Part shown: one piece after another, positions 1 through 8,547 of the stretch | Layout of the letters: the number at the start of each line of letters is the position of its first letter | Numbering within the stretch: position 1 is the stretch's first letter | Assembly (NCBI GenBank): GCA_963727525.1 | Contig: CAVSGO010000007.1 | Span: 2,208,001-2,272,000 of the forward strand | Length of the DNA: 64,000 nt | DNA from: an uncultured bacterium | GTDB lineage: Bacteria > Krumholzibacteriota > Krumholzibacteriia > LZORAL124-64-63 | Reading direction: 5' to 3' | The notes under the pieces: generated by a model | The model's input: the letters and a program-made list of their open reading frames with translations, nothing else | What the model was told of the DNA's origin: nothing | Databases searched by the model: none | Position numbers and translations under genes: made by a program

Positions 1-405
1 GTAGACCTGGTGGTCCTCGGGGTCGTTCAGGGGAATGCCGTTCACCAGCACGGCGATGCGCTGCTGGTCGAAGCCGCGGATCTTCAGGTACGTGTAGCCG
101 ATGCCGTTGCCCGCATCGCTGTAGGCGTACACGCCCGGCAGCGCGGTGAGTAGCATCGGGATATCGCGCGCGGTCTGCTCGCGCGCGATCGTCGCCGCCG
201 AGATGTTGTCGTGGCTGAGGTGCACGTCGGCCGCATACCGCGACGCGGTCACCACGACCTCCTCCTCCGTGGACACGGGAATCGCGGAGGAATCGGTCGG
301 CGCATCGCCAGGACGCGAGGGTGTCGCGGGCGCCCCGGTGGCGAGGGCGAGTGAGGCCAGCACGGGTACGAGCAAGGTCCCGGCCAGCGGCGCCAGGGTG
401 CGCAT
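1..405 (-). CDS. TonB-dependent receptor, thiamine-uptake type (N-terminal 135 aa, runs off the window)
   Basis: Not in the ORF track because it is truncated. Manual translation from ATG 405 (RBS GGAGGTG at 411-417): MRTLAPLAGTLLVPVLASLALA...EEVVVTASR...DIPMLLTALPGVYAYSDAGNGIGYTYLKIRGFDQQRIAVLVNGIPLNDPEDHQVY. This gives a signal peptide, TonB box-like EVVVTA and a plug domain. It lies directly downstream of a TPP riboswitch. Confidence 0.9.
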   Translation of the reverse strand, partial: MRTLAPLAGTLLVPVLASLALATGAPATPSRPGDAPTDSSAIPVSTEEEVVVTASRYAADVHLSHDNISAATIAREQTARDIPMLLTALPGVYAYSDAGNGIGYTYLKIRGFDQQRIAVLVNGIPLNDPEDHQVY

Positions 406-495
406 GGATCCACCTCCGGTCGTCGATGTGGCGGGAGCCGAAACAAAAACCGGCTCCGAATGGGCCGGTGGCAAGGAAGAGTCGAGATCCCCGGT

Positions 496-570
496 CCGTT
501 TCCCTACGCCGGTATGACCCGGGTCAGGTTCCAAGGGTGTCATCTCAGGCTATCCAGCCACCCCTAACGG
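496..570 (-). ncRNA. TPP (thiamine pyrophosphate) riboswitch
   Basis: Minus strand reads CCGTTAGGGGTGGCTGGATAGCCTGAGATGACACCCTTGGAACCTGACCCGGGTCATACCGGCGTAGGGAAACGG. It contains the THI-box hallmarks GGGGTG...CTGAGA...ACCC...GAACCTGA...GG..ATACC..CGTAGGGAA, with P1 formed by CCGTT/AACGG. Confidence 0.95.
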
Positions 571-579
571 TCGCCGCGA

Positions 580-608
580 ACCATAGATAGGGCGGCCGGT
601 ACTGTCAA
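580..608 (-). promoter_or_regulatory. sigma70-type promoter for the riboswitch/TonB receptor transcript
   Basis: TTGACA-17 nt-TATGGT on the minus strand. The predicted start (~573) falls right at the riboswitch 5' end. Confidence 0.7.
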
Positions 609-682
609 GAGGTCCCCCTTGCCGGGCGATCGTCCTTGAGATAAGATCATTCTCGTTCTCATTGTCAAACGGGAGGTTCGGC

Positions 683-2260
683 GTGTCCGATCATCGCGAT
701 GATTCGTCGTATCCCCTGCTGGAGGCGGCGGTCGAGTGTGCGCCGAGCGGGCTGCTGATGGTCGATGGCGAGGGCCGCATCGCACTTGTGAATCGCGAGG
801 TCGAGCGGCTCTTCGGCTACCCGCGCGAGGAATTGCTCGGCCAGCCCGTCGAGATGCTCGTGCCGGAGCACGCGCGGGGCCGTCATCCTGCCGACCGCAC
901 GTCGTTCTACCGCGCGCCGGTGGCGCGACCCATGGGCCACGGACGCGACCTCGCAGGGCGTCGCAAGGACGGGACGACGTTTCCCGTCGAGATCGGCCTC
1001 ACGCCGGTGAACACCGCTTCCGGGATGTACGTCCTGGGCGTCGTCGTCGACATCTCCACGCGCAAGCAGGCCGAGGCCGTTCGGCACCGCCTCGAGGCCG
1101 AGCTGCGTCAGGCCCAGAAGATGGAGGCCATCGGGTTGCTGGCCGGTGGCGTGGCTCACGACTTCAACAACGTGCTCGGCGCCATCGTCGGCTACGCCGA
1201 GCTGGTGGGCGACCGCGTGCGAGACGACGCCGAGTCCACCGAGGACCTGCGCCGGCTCCTGCGTGCCACGCAGCACGGCAAGGAGATCGTCGAACGCATC
1301 CTGCGCTTCACGCGCCGCCAGAGCGCCGATCGCTCGGTGCTCGATCTCGACGGCCCCGTGAACGAGACCGTGCAGCTCCTGCGCTCGTCGCTGCCTGGTA
1401 GCGTCAGCTTCCGGGTCGACGTCGCGCCGGACACACCCCCGGTCGTGGCAAACGCGACCGCCGTGCACCAGATCCTTCTCAACCTCGGGACGAACGCTTC
1501 CCAGGCCATGCATGGTGCCGGTGAGCTCGTCATACTCCTGGCGCCGTTCTACGCGCGTGACAGCGTGGTTCGGCACACACCTGAATTGCAAGAAGGCCAC
1601 TACGCCATGCTCGAAGTACGCGACACCGGGCAAGGCATGCCGCCCGAGGTCCTCGCCCGCGTCTTCGAACCATTCTACACGACGAAGGCCGCCGGCCAGG
1701 GCACGGGACTCGGCCTGCCGATGGTGCACTCGCTCATGCGCGACCACGGAGGCGCCGTCGCGATCGAGAGCGAGGAAGGCGTGGGAACCACCGTCCGCTG
1801 CTACTTCCCGGCCCTCGCGACCGCGAACGTGGCACCGACGGCCTCGCCGACGACCGCGCCCACCGAGCAGAACTCGATCCGAGGCCATGGCGAACGCGTC
1901 TTCTTCGTCGACGACCAGGCCGCCCTCGCCGACGTCGGCATGCGGCGTCTCGCCGCGCTGGGGTATACGGCGCGGGCCTTCACCGAACCGACCGCCGCGC
2001 TCTCGGCCGTGGCCTGCGATCCCGACGCCATCGATGTGCTGATCACCGACCACTCCATGCCCGGGATGAATGGCCTCGAGCTCGCGCGTGCCGTGCGGCA
2101 GATCCGTCCGGATCTGCCCGTGATCATGCTCACGGGATGGACCGAGGATCTCGCTGCCGTTCACGTGTCCGCGGCGGGCGTCAACCGGTTGCTCGTCAAG
2201 CCGGTGTCGAGCGAGGAACTCGGCCTCGCGCTGCGGCAAGCTCTCGATATCCGGCCATGA
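683..2260 (+). CDS. PAS-domain hybrid sensor histidine kinase/response regulator
   Basis: PAS (VNREVERLFGY...RRKDGTTFPVEI), H-box AHDFNN, G-boxes DTGQGM and GQGTGLGL, and C-terminal REC (LITDHSMP...KP). GTG start at 683 follows GGGAGG. Confidence 0.92.
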   Translation: MSDHRDDSSYPLLEAAVECAPSGLLMVDGEGRIALVNREVERLFGYPREELLGQPVEMLVPEHARGRHPADRTSFYRAPVARPMGHGRDLAGRRKDGTTFPVEIGLTPVNTASGMYVLGVVVDISTRKQAEAVRHRLEAELRQAQKMEAIGLLAGGVAHDFNNVLGAIVGYAELVGDRVRDDAESTEDLRRLLRATQHGKEIVERILRFTRRQSADRSVLDLDGPVNETVQLLRSSLPGSVSFRVDVAPDTPPVVANATAVHQILLNLGTNASQAMHGAGELVILLAPFYARDSVVRHTPELQEGHYAMLEVRDTGQGMPPEVLARVFEPFYTTKAAGQGTGLGLPMVHSLMRDHGGAVAIESEEGVGTTVRCYFPALATANVAPTASPTTAPTEQNSIRGHGERVFFVDDQAALADVGMRRLAALGYTARAFTEPTAALSAVACDPDAIDVLITDHSMPGMNGLELARAVRQIRPDLPVIMLTGWTEDLAAVHVSAAGVNRLLVKPVSSEELGLALRQALDIRP

Positions 2261-2342
2261 CGGATCGCGGCTTGCCATCTCCCGCCGCTGGACGTTCCCT
2301 TGTGGGTGCGACGGTGATCGTTCCACGACGGAAGCAGCGCCC

Positions 2343-2744
2343 ATGGCCCCGACCGAGCTCGACGATCTGCAGCGCGAACCCGACTTGCCGGCCGGCAGCC
2401 TGGAGTTCGACCGCGACGCCCGCCTCTTCGCCACCCAGCATGAGCTCGCCGCGCGCCTGTCACGCGAGCGCACGCGGCAGCTGCTGGTGAGCGATGAGCT
2501 GCTGCACCCGACCGTGCCGGCGGATATCATCGTCCGGCGCGGCAACCTGCGCGTCACCGAACTCCTGCCCGAGAGCCGCGAGGTCACGCGCGCCGTGCTG
2601 CAGGCCGGCGCCACCGTGCGCACCCGCGCCGATGGCGAGTTGCCGGCGGCGGATGTATATAGGCTTCGCGAAGTGATCCTGATGGCGCTGGGCGACACGG
2701 AGGTCTGGATCCTGCCGGCTGGCGCCCTCGACGAGCGGGACTGA
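2343..2744 (+). CDS. hypothetical protein (133 aa)
   Basis: Coding-like codon usage and fills the gap between the kinase and gpmI. No recognised motif. Confidence 0.6.
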   Translation: MAPTELDDLQREPDLPAGSLEFDRDARLFATQHELAARLSRERTRQLLVSDELLHPTVPADIIVRRGNLRVTELLPESREVTRAVLQAGATVRTRADGELPAADVYRLREVILMALGDTEVWILPAGALDERD

Positions 2745-2788
2745 CGCCACATCCGCAGACCTGACGGCACCACTCCGGAGCATCCTCG

Positions 2789-4354
2789 ATGACCCCGCAG
2801 GCCCACCCGCGGCTCGTTCTTTGCATTCTCGACGGTTTCGGCCATCGCGAGGCCGACGAGGGCAATGCGATCCGCGCCGCGCGGCCCGCGTTCTACGATT
2901 CGCTACTGGCCACCTACCCTCACACGCTGCTCGAGGCGAGCGGCCTCGCGGTCGGGTTGCCGGAAGGGCAGATGGGCAACAGCGAGGTCGGCCATGTGAC
3001 GATCGGCGCGGGTCGTGTCGTCGACCAGGAACTCGACCGCATCACCAAGAGCTTCGCCCGCGGCACATTCGGCGAACGGCCCGCGTGGCGAGCGTTCGCG
3101 CGCGACGGCCTCGCCGACACGGGCCGGCTCCACCTCATTGGGCTGGTCTCGCCCGGCGGTATCCACTCGCACACCGATCACCTGTACGGCATCATCGATC
3201 AGGCACGGCGCGATGGGTATCGCGAGATCTTCCTGCACGTGCTGCTCGACGGCCGCGACACCGATCCCCACGGCGGCCTCGGCTACGTGCGAAACCTGCT
3301 CGCCCGGATCACCACCATCGGCGCCGGCCAGGTCGCCACGGTCATGGGACGCTACTGGGGCATGGACCGGGACAAGCGATGGAATCGTACCGCGCGCGCC
3401 TGGAACGCCATTGTCGACGGGCATGGCCTGGCAAGTCCGGATCCGCTCGGCGCCATCGCCGCGAGCTACGACCGCAATATCAGCGACGAGTTCGTGGAAC
3501 CCGTCGTGATGGTGCGCGATGATGGCCGGCCGGTGGGCGAGGTGCACGACGGCGACAGCGTCTTCTTCTGGAACTTCCGCGCCGATCGCGCGCGTCAGCT
3601 CACCTGGGCGTTCATGGAACCCGCCTTCGCCGGCTGGGCGATCTCACGCCGCCCGCGCGTGCACTTCCTGACGATGACGCCCTACGATGCGCGGCTCCCG
3701 CACGTGCCGGCGGTGTTCGCGCCCGAGATACCGGTGAACGGGCTGGCCGAGGTCTTCGCCCGGCATGGCATCCGCAATCTGCGTACCGCCGAGACCGAGA
3801 AGTACGCCCACGTCACCACCTTCTTCAACGGCGGGCGCGAGGAACCCCTGCCGCACGAGGTGCGCAAGCTCGTGTCGTCGCCGAAGGTGGCCACCTACGA
3901 TCTCAAGCCTGAAATGAGCGCCTCCGAGGTGGCCGACGTCGTGCGGCGCGCCACGCGCTCCCACGACTACCACGTCGTCATCGTCAACTTCGCCAACGCC
4001 GACATGGTGGGACACACCGGCGTGTTCCCGGCCGCGGTGCAGGCGGTGCGAACGGTCGACCGCCTGCTCAGCGAGATCGTGCCCCCGAGCCTCGCCGCGG
4101 GCACCACGTGGATCATCACGGCCGACCACGGCAACTGCGATGAGATGGTCGACGGGGCGGGCCATGTGCTCACCCAGCACTCGCTGAGCCAGGTGCCTTT
4201 TATCGTGGCCGACGCCAGGCTCGCCGGCGATCACGACAGGATCGCTCCCGGTTCCCACAGCCTCGCCGACATCGCGCCGACGATCCTGCAACTGCTCGGC
4301 ATCCCTCAACCCGCCGAGATGACCGGACGCTCCATCCTCATAGGGGAACAATAG
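2789..4354 (+). CDS. gpmI: 2,3-bisphosphoglycerate-independent phosphoglycerate mutase
   Basis: ILDGFG, GQMGNSEVGH (catalytic Ser), LDGRD, MGRYWGMDRDKRW, AETEKYAHVT, NADMVGHTG, TADHGN. Confidence 0.97.
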   Translation: MTPQAHPRLVLCILDGFGHREADEGNAIRAARPAFYDSLLATYPHTLLEASGLAVGLPEGQMGNSEVGHVTIGAGRVVDQELDRITKSFARGTFGERPAWRAFARDGLADTGRLHLIGLVSPGGIHSHTDHLYGIIDQARRDGYREIFLHVLLDGRDTDPHGGLGYVRNLLARITTIGAGQVATVMGRYWGMDRDKRWNRTARAWNAIVDGHGLASPDPLGAIAASYDRNISDEFVEPVVMVRDDGRPVGEVHDGDSVFFWNFRADRARQLTWAFMEPAFAGWAISRRPRVHFLTMTPYDARLPHVPAVFAPEIPVNGLAEVFARHGIRNLRTAETEKYAHVTTFFNGGREEPLPHEVRKLVSSPKVATYDLKPEMSASEVADVVRRATRSHDYHVVIVNFANADMVGHTGVFPAAVQAVRTVDRLLSEIVPPSLAAGTTWIITADHGNCDEMVDGAGHVLTQHSLSQVPFIVADARLAGDHDRIAPGSHSLADIAPTILQLLGIPQPAEMTGRSILIGEQ

Positions 4355-4408
4355 TTATCCAGTTTGACGATTTTTTAACCTGGGGCCATGGAATTCCGCG
4401 GCGCCTTG

Positions 4409-4417
4409 TGCTATAAT
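4409..4417 (+). promoter_or_regulatory. extended -10 promoter element (TGnTATAAT)
   Basis: TGCTATAAT about 125 nt upstream of ATG 4541 in a GC-rich background. Confidence 0.55.
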
Positions 4418-4540
4418 GCGGCCGCTCGAACATGGATTCTTGCGATGACGCGCCGGACACGAGGCCGGCGTCTCGCGTCTCGGTTCACCCGGGCCATCCG
4501 GCTGGTGAACGCGAACCCCTGAGCCAAGGAGAACTCGAGG

Positions 4541-6493
4541 ATGAAGACGCTCAAGACCTGCGTCGCGATGGCCATGGTCCTGGCCGTGGCCGGCCTGGCT
4601 GCTGCGCAGACCATCGACGACATCCAGTACTACGATCCCGCGACCGGCGCGCCGGCCAGTCCCTACGACGGCCAGACCGTCACGGTGAACGGCACCGTGT
4701 ACGTGGTCGCCGGCACCTACAACAGCGGCACCCACTACATCCAGGGCGCCACGGGCGGCATCCAGTTCTTCGCATCGGGCACCGGCCTCACCATCGGCGA
4801 CCAGGTCGAGGTCACCGGCACGGTGAGTGCGTTCAGCGGCGAACTCCAGATCGCCTCGCCGAGCATCACGACGACGGGCCACACCGTCGAGCCCACGCCC
4901 GTCCAGACGACGCCCTCGGGCATCTTGCAGTCGGCCGAGCCCTACGAGTTCATCGGCAGCTTCGCCGCTGTCGTGGGCGAGATCGCCACGAAGTCGGCGA
5001 GCCAGTTCACGATCATGGACGAGGGTGGCGGCACCGACTCGCTGATCGTCTACATTGACTCCGACACCGGCATCAACATCGACGATGTCGCCGTGGGCGA
5101 CATCTACATGGTGAAGACCCCGGTCACGAACTTCAACGGCCTCATCGAGCTGAAGCCTCGTCAGCAGAGCGACCTCGTCGAGAACCCCGGTGGCGACACC
5201 GTGCCCGTGATCCAAGGCGTCAACCTGGACAACTGGGTGCCCCTGAGCAGTACGCCGATCGCGGTGAGCGCGCAGATCACGGACAACAGCGCGGTCGCCA
5301 GCGCCAGTGTGTACTATCGCAACAACAACACCGACGGGAACACGCCGAGTGCCTGGATGAACGCGGCCATGACCCATGGCGCCGGCGACACCTGGTCCGG
5401 CACCATCCCGGCGCCGCACAGCCTCGATCGCATCGACTTCTACCTCTCCGCGACCGACGACGGCAACCAGACGGTGTACAACCCCGGTAGCGCACCCACG
5501 ACGTTCCGCCAGTGCGCCATCGGCCTGAAGACGATCTACCAGCTCCAGTACGTCAACCCGGACAGCTCCAGCCAGGACAGCCCGTACCTCAACAAGGTCA
5601 TCAACGTCAAGGGCGTGGTGACGGCTGGCACCAACGACGTGGGCGCCCCGAGCAAGTTCGTCATCGAGGCACAGGATCCCGGCCCGTACGGCGGCTACCG
5701 CTACGGCGGCGTGCTCGTCTACGAGGGCACGGCGCAGTACGAGTACTATCGCGGTGACGTGGTCGAGGTGGGCGGCTTCGTCGACGAGTACAACTTCCTC
5801 ACCGAGCTGCAGCCGCACAACGGCAGCGCCGTGAACCTGGTGGGCTTCGGGGCCGAGCTGCCGCCGGCTGAGCGCGCGCACACGCGCGTCCTCGCCGATG
5901 ACGTGCTCACCGACGGCAACGGCCGTCTGGCCGAAGCTTACGAGATGGTGTGGGTCAAGACCTACGCGTCCGTCGTACTCGACACGCTGGGCTTCGGATC
6001 CTACATCATCAGCGACACCGGCGCCCGCCCGGACTCGTGCGTCGTCGAGCCCTACGTGGACCTCACGTACCAACCCACCCTGGGCGACGTGATCTACGCC
6101 GAGGGCTTCATGAACTACCAGTTCGGCGAGCCCCAGATCGTGCCCATCAGCGACGAGTTCATCACTCTGACGGGTTGGGTGGGCGTCGAGGACGACACCC
6201 CGACCGTGCTGCCGGCCGGCGGCTTCAAATCGGTGTACCCGAACCCGTTCAACCCGATGGCGAAGATCAGCTTCGTGCTCAACCGCGACAACCTCACACA
6301 GCTGAACATCTACAACATCAGGGGTGAGCTGGTGCGCAGCCTCGTGAACGAGCCCCTGCGCATGGGCGACTACACCTTCACCTGGGACGGCACCGACGTG
6401 AACGGCCATGCCATGGCGAGCGGCCAGTACTTCGCCCGCCTGCGTATCGGCAAGACCGTGTACCAGGTGCGCAAGCTGAGTCTGGTGAAGTAA
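4541..6493 (+). CDS. secreted protein with repeated OB-fold-like domains, an Ig-like domain and a C-terminal FlgD-Ig/T9SS-like domain
   Basis: Signal peptide. TIDDIQ...SPYDGQTVTVNGTV...GDQVEVTGTV and SPYLNKVINVKGVVTA...GDVVEVGGFVDEY resemble the OB folds of extracellular nucleases. Ends YPNPFNP...YNIRGELVRSL...WDGTD..G...ASGQYFARL...KLSLVK*. Confidence 0.85.
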   Translation: MKTLKTCVAMAMVLAVAGLAAAQTIDDIQYYDPATGAPASPYDGQTVTVNGTVYVVAGTYNSGTHYIQGATGGIQFFASGTGLTIGDQVEVTGTVSAFSGELQIASPSITTTGHTVEPTPVQTTPSGILQSAEPYEFIGSFAAVVGEIATKSASQFTIMDEGGGTDSLIVYIDSDTGINIDDVAVGDIYMVKTPVTNFNGLIELKPRQQSDLVENPGGDTVPVIQGVNLDNWVPLSSTPIAVSAQITDNSAVASASVYYRNNNTDGNTPSAWMNAAMTHGAGDTWSGTIPAPHSLDRIDFYLSATDDGNQTVYNPGSAPTTFRQCAIGLKTIYQLQYVNPDSSSQDSPYLNKVINVKGVVTAGTNDVGAPSKFVIEAQDPGPYGGYRYGGVLVYEGTAQYEYYRGDVVEVGGFVDEYNFLTELQPHNGSAVNLVGFGAELPPAERAHTRVLADDVLTDGNGRLAEAYEMVWVKTYASVVLDTLGFGSYIISDTGARPDSCVVEPYVDLTYQPTLGDVIYAEGFMNYQFGEPQIVPISDEFITLTGWVGVEDDTPTVLPAGGFKSVYPNPFNPMAKISFVLNRDNLTQLNIYNIRGELVRSLVNEPLRMGDYTFTWDGTDVNGHAMASGQYFARLRIGKTVYQVRKLSLVK

Positions 6494-6514
6494 TATTCCG
6501 AACGGACGAGCAAC

Positions 6515-6547
6515 GAGGGCCCCGGCGCGAGTCGGGGCCCTTCTTTG
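6515..6547 (+). terminator. intrinsic terminator
   Basis: GAGGGCCCCGGC-GCGA-GTCGGGGCCCTT hairpin followed by CTTTG, about 20 nt after the stop codon. Confidence 0.75.
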
Positions 6548-6670
6548 TCCCCACCAGCTCGATTTCGGCCTGGCCCGGATACGCAGACGCGCCTAGCATG
6601 AGGGGCGAATAAGTCGGCTTCGCCGCGAGTAGATGCGGGACCGACGCTCACCGATTTCACGGAGGCCCTC

Positions 6671-7267
6671 ATGAAGAAGTGGATTCCTCTACTCGTCATT
6701 CTCGGCGTCATCGTCGTGATCGGGCTGGCCGCCGCCGGCCAATACAACCGCCTCGTCTCGCTCCAGGAAGGCGTCGACAGCCAGTGGGGCAACGTGGAGA
6801 ACGTGTACCAGCGGCGCGCCGACCTCATCCCCAACCTCGTGGAGACGGTGAAGGGCTATGCGTCGCACGAGCGGGAGACGCTGGAAGCCGTGATCAAGGC
6901 ACGCGCTTCGGCCACCGCGGTGCAGGCCGAGCTGACGCCCGAGACGCTGAACGATCCCCAGCTCATGCAGAAGTTCCAGGCGGCGCAGGGCGAACTGTCG
7001 TCGGCCCTTTCGCGCCTCATGGTCGTCGTGGAGCAGTATCCTGACCTGAAAGCCAACGAGAACTTCCGCGACCTGCAGGCCCAGCTCGAGGGCACCGAAA
7101 ATCGCATTGCCGTGGAGCGGCGACGCTTCAACGAGACGGCGCAGGCGTACAACACGGCCATCCGTCGTTTCCCGGCTGCCCTGTTCGCCGGCATGTTCGG
7201 CTTCGACAAGAAGGCCTACTTCGCAGCCGCCGAGGGGGCCGAGCAGGCCCCGGCGGTGAAATTCTAG
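6671..7267 (+). CDS. lemA: LemA family protein
   Basis: N-terminal TM, YNRLV, YQRRADLIPNLVETVKGY, YPDLKANENF, LEGTENRIAVERRRFN. Confidence 0.95.
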   Translation: MKKWIPLLVILGVIVVIGLAAAGQYNRLVSLQEGVDSQWGNVENVYQRRADLIPNLVETVKGYASHERETLEAVIKARASATAVQAELTPETLNDPQLMQKFQAAQGELSSALSRLMVVVEQYPDLKANENFRDLQAQLEGTENRIAVERRRFNETAQAYNTAIRRFPAALFAGMFGFDKKAYFAAAEGAEQAPAVKF

Positions 7268-8025
7268 TGCGGCGCCTGCGGCACGCGCTGGTCGCGATGC
7301 TGGTCGTGATGGCCGGCGTCGCGATCGTGTATGCCGAAACGGCGCTACCGCCCCCGCCGACGCGCCACTTCGACGATGAGATGGGCATCGTTCCCACCGG
7401 CGAAGCCACCGCGTTCGCCGATGCACTGTACGCTTTCGAACAAAGCACCGGCATCCAGTTCGTGGTGGCCGTGCTGCCACGCCACGATGGCGCGCTCGAT
7501 GACTATGTCAACCGCCTCTACGAACACTGGCGCATCGGCAAGGCCGGCGCGGACCGCGGTGTGCTCTTCGTGGTCTTTCCGCAGCAGAAGCAGACACGTA
7601 TCGAGGTAGGCTACGGCCTGGAAGCGAGCCTCACCGATGTCCAGTCGAGCCGGATCCTGCGGAAGATGCTGACGATCCCCCGTGCGCCTGCGGCGCGGCG
7701 CTTCGAGTACGTGATCCAGCAGGTGGCGCGCGCGGTGGCGCCGGACGATCCCCTGGCCCAGGCGCTCCCGGCTGCCGAGAACGCGCACTCGAGCGGCGCC
7801 GGAGCCGCGGGCCTCGGCGTCATGATCTTCCTCCTGCTCTTCTTCGTCGTCATACCGATACTGCGGGGTTTCGTGGGGGCGTCGCAGATCTCGTCGGACG
7901 GGCGCCGGCGCCATTCCACGGGCTTCTGGGGCGGCTTCGGCGGCGGGGGCGGCTTCGGAGGGGGCGGCGGGTTCTCCGGCGGCGGCGGCATGTCCGGCGG
8001 CGGCGGCGCGAGCGGAGGCTGGTAA
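7267..8025 (+). CDS. TPM (DUF477)-domain membrane protein with Gly-rich tail
   Basis: WRIGKAGADRGVLFVV...RIEVGYGLEASLTD, a TM segment and a GGGMSGGGGASGGW end. GTG overlaps the lemA stop. Confidence 0.9.
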   Translation: MRRLRHALVAMLVVMAGVAIVYAETALPPPPTRHFDDEMGIVPTGEATAFADALYAFEQSTGIQFVVAVLPRHDGALDDYVNRLYEHWRIGKAGADRGVLFVVFPQQKQTRIEVGYGLEASLTDVQSSRILRKMLTIPRAPAARRFEYVIQQVARAVAPDDPLAQALPAAENAHSSGAGAAGLGVMIFLLLFFVVIPILRGFVGASQISSDGRRRHSTGFWGGFGGGGGFGGGGGFSGGGGMSGGGGASGGW

Positions 8026-8027
8026 CC

Positions 8028-8480
8028 ATGTCCGGACGCAGTACGATTCCACGACAGTATTTCGGTGACGGCGAACGCACGCGCATCGTCGCGGCCATCC
8101 AGGCCGCCGAGAGGCGCACGAGCGGGGAGATCCGGGTGCACATCGAGCGCGAGGTGCCGCTTGGCGGCGACGCCTATGCTCATGCGCGCGAGGTCTTCGC
8201 CCGGCTCGGCATGCACGCGACCGCAGCTCGCAATGGCGTGCTCATCTACCTTGCGGTCAAGGCGCGGCGCTTCGCCGTCGTCGGTGACGAGGGGCTGCAC
8301 ACCCACGTTGGCGACGCGTTCTGGAGCGAGACCCGCGACGTCATCGGCGCCGCATTCGCTGACGACCGCCCGGTGGAGGGAATCGAGGCGGCCATCAGCC
8401 GCATCGGCGAGCGCCTGCGCGAGCACTTCCCCGTCGCCGACGACGACGTGAACGAATTGCCCGACGACATCTCGTACTGA
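8028..8480 (+). CDS. TPM-domain protein (second TPM gene of the lemA cluster)
   Basis: AIQAAERRTSGEIRVHIE, RNGVLIYLA, NELPDDIS. Confidence 0.9.
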   Translation: MSGRSTIPRQYFGDGERTRIVAAIQAAERRTSGEIRVHIEREVPLGGDAYAHAREVFARLGMHATAARNGVLIYLAVKARRFAVVGDEGLHTHVGDAFWSETRDVIGAAFADDRPVEGIEAAISRIGERLREHFPVADDDVNELPDDISY

Positions 8481-8547
8481 TCGCACGCAACCTCGACACC
8501 CTCGCCGGCGTCGACGATGGCGGTTCCCAGCCCGAGGAGGCCTCCCC

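Noticed and set aside
7925-8022. GGC-rich tandem repeat
   Set aside because: Encodes the normal Gly-rich C-terminus of TPM-domain proteins.
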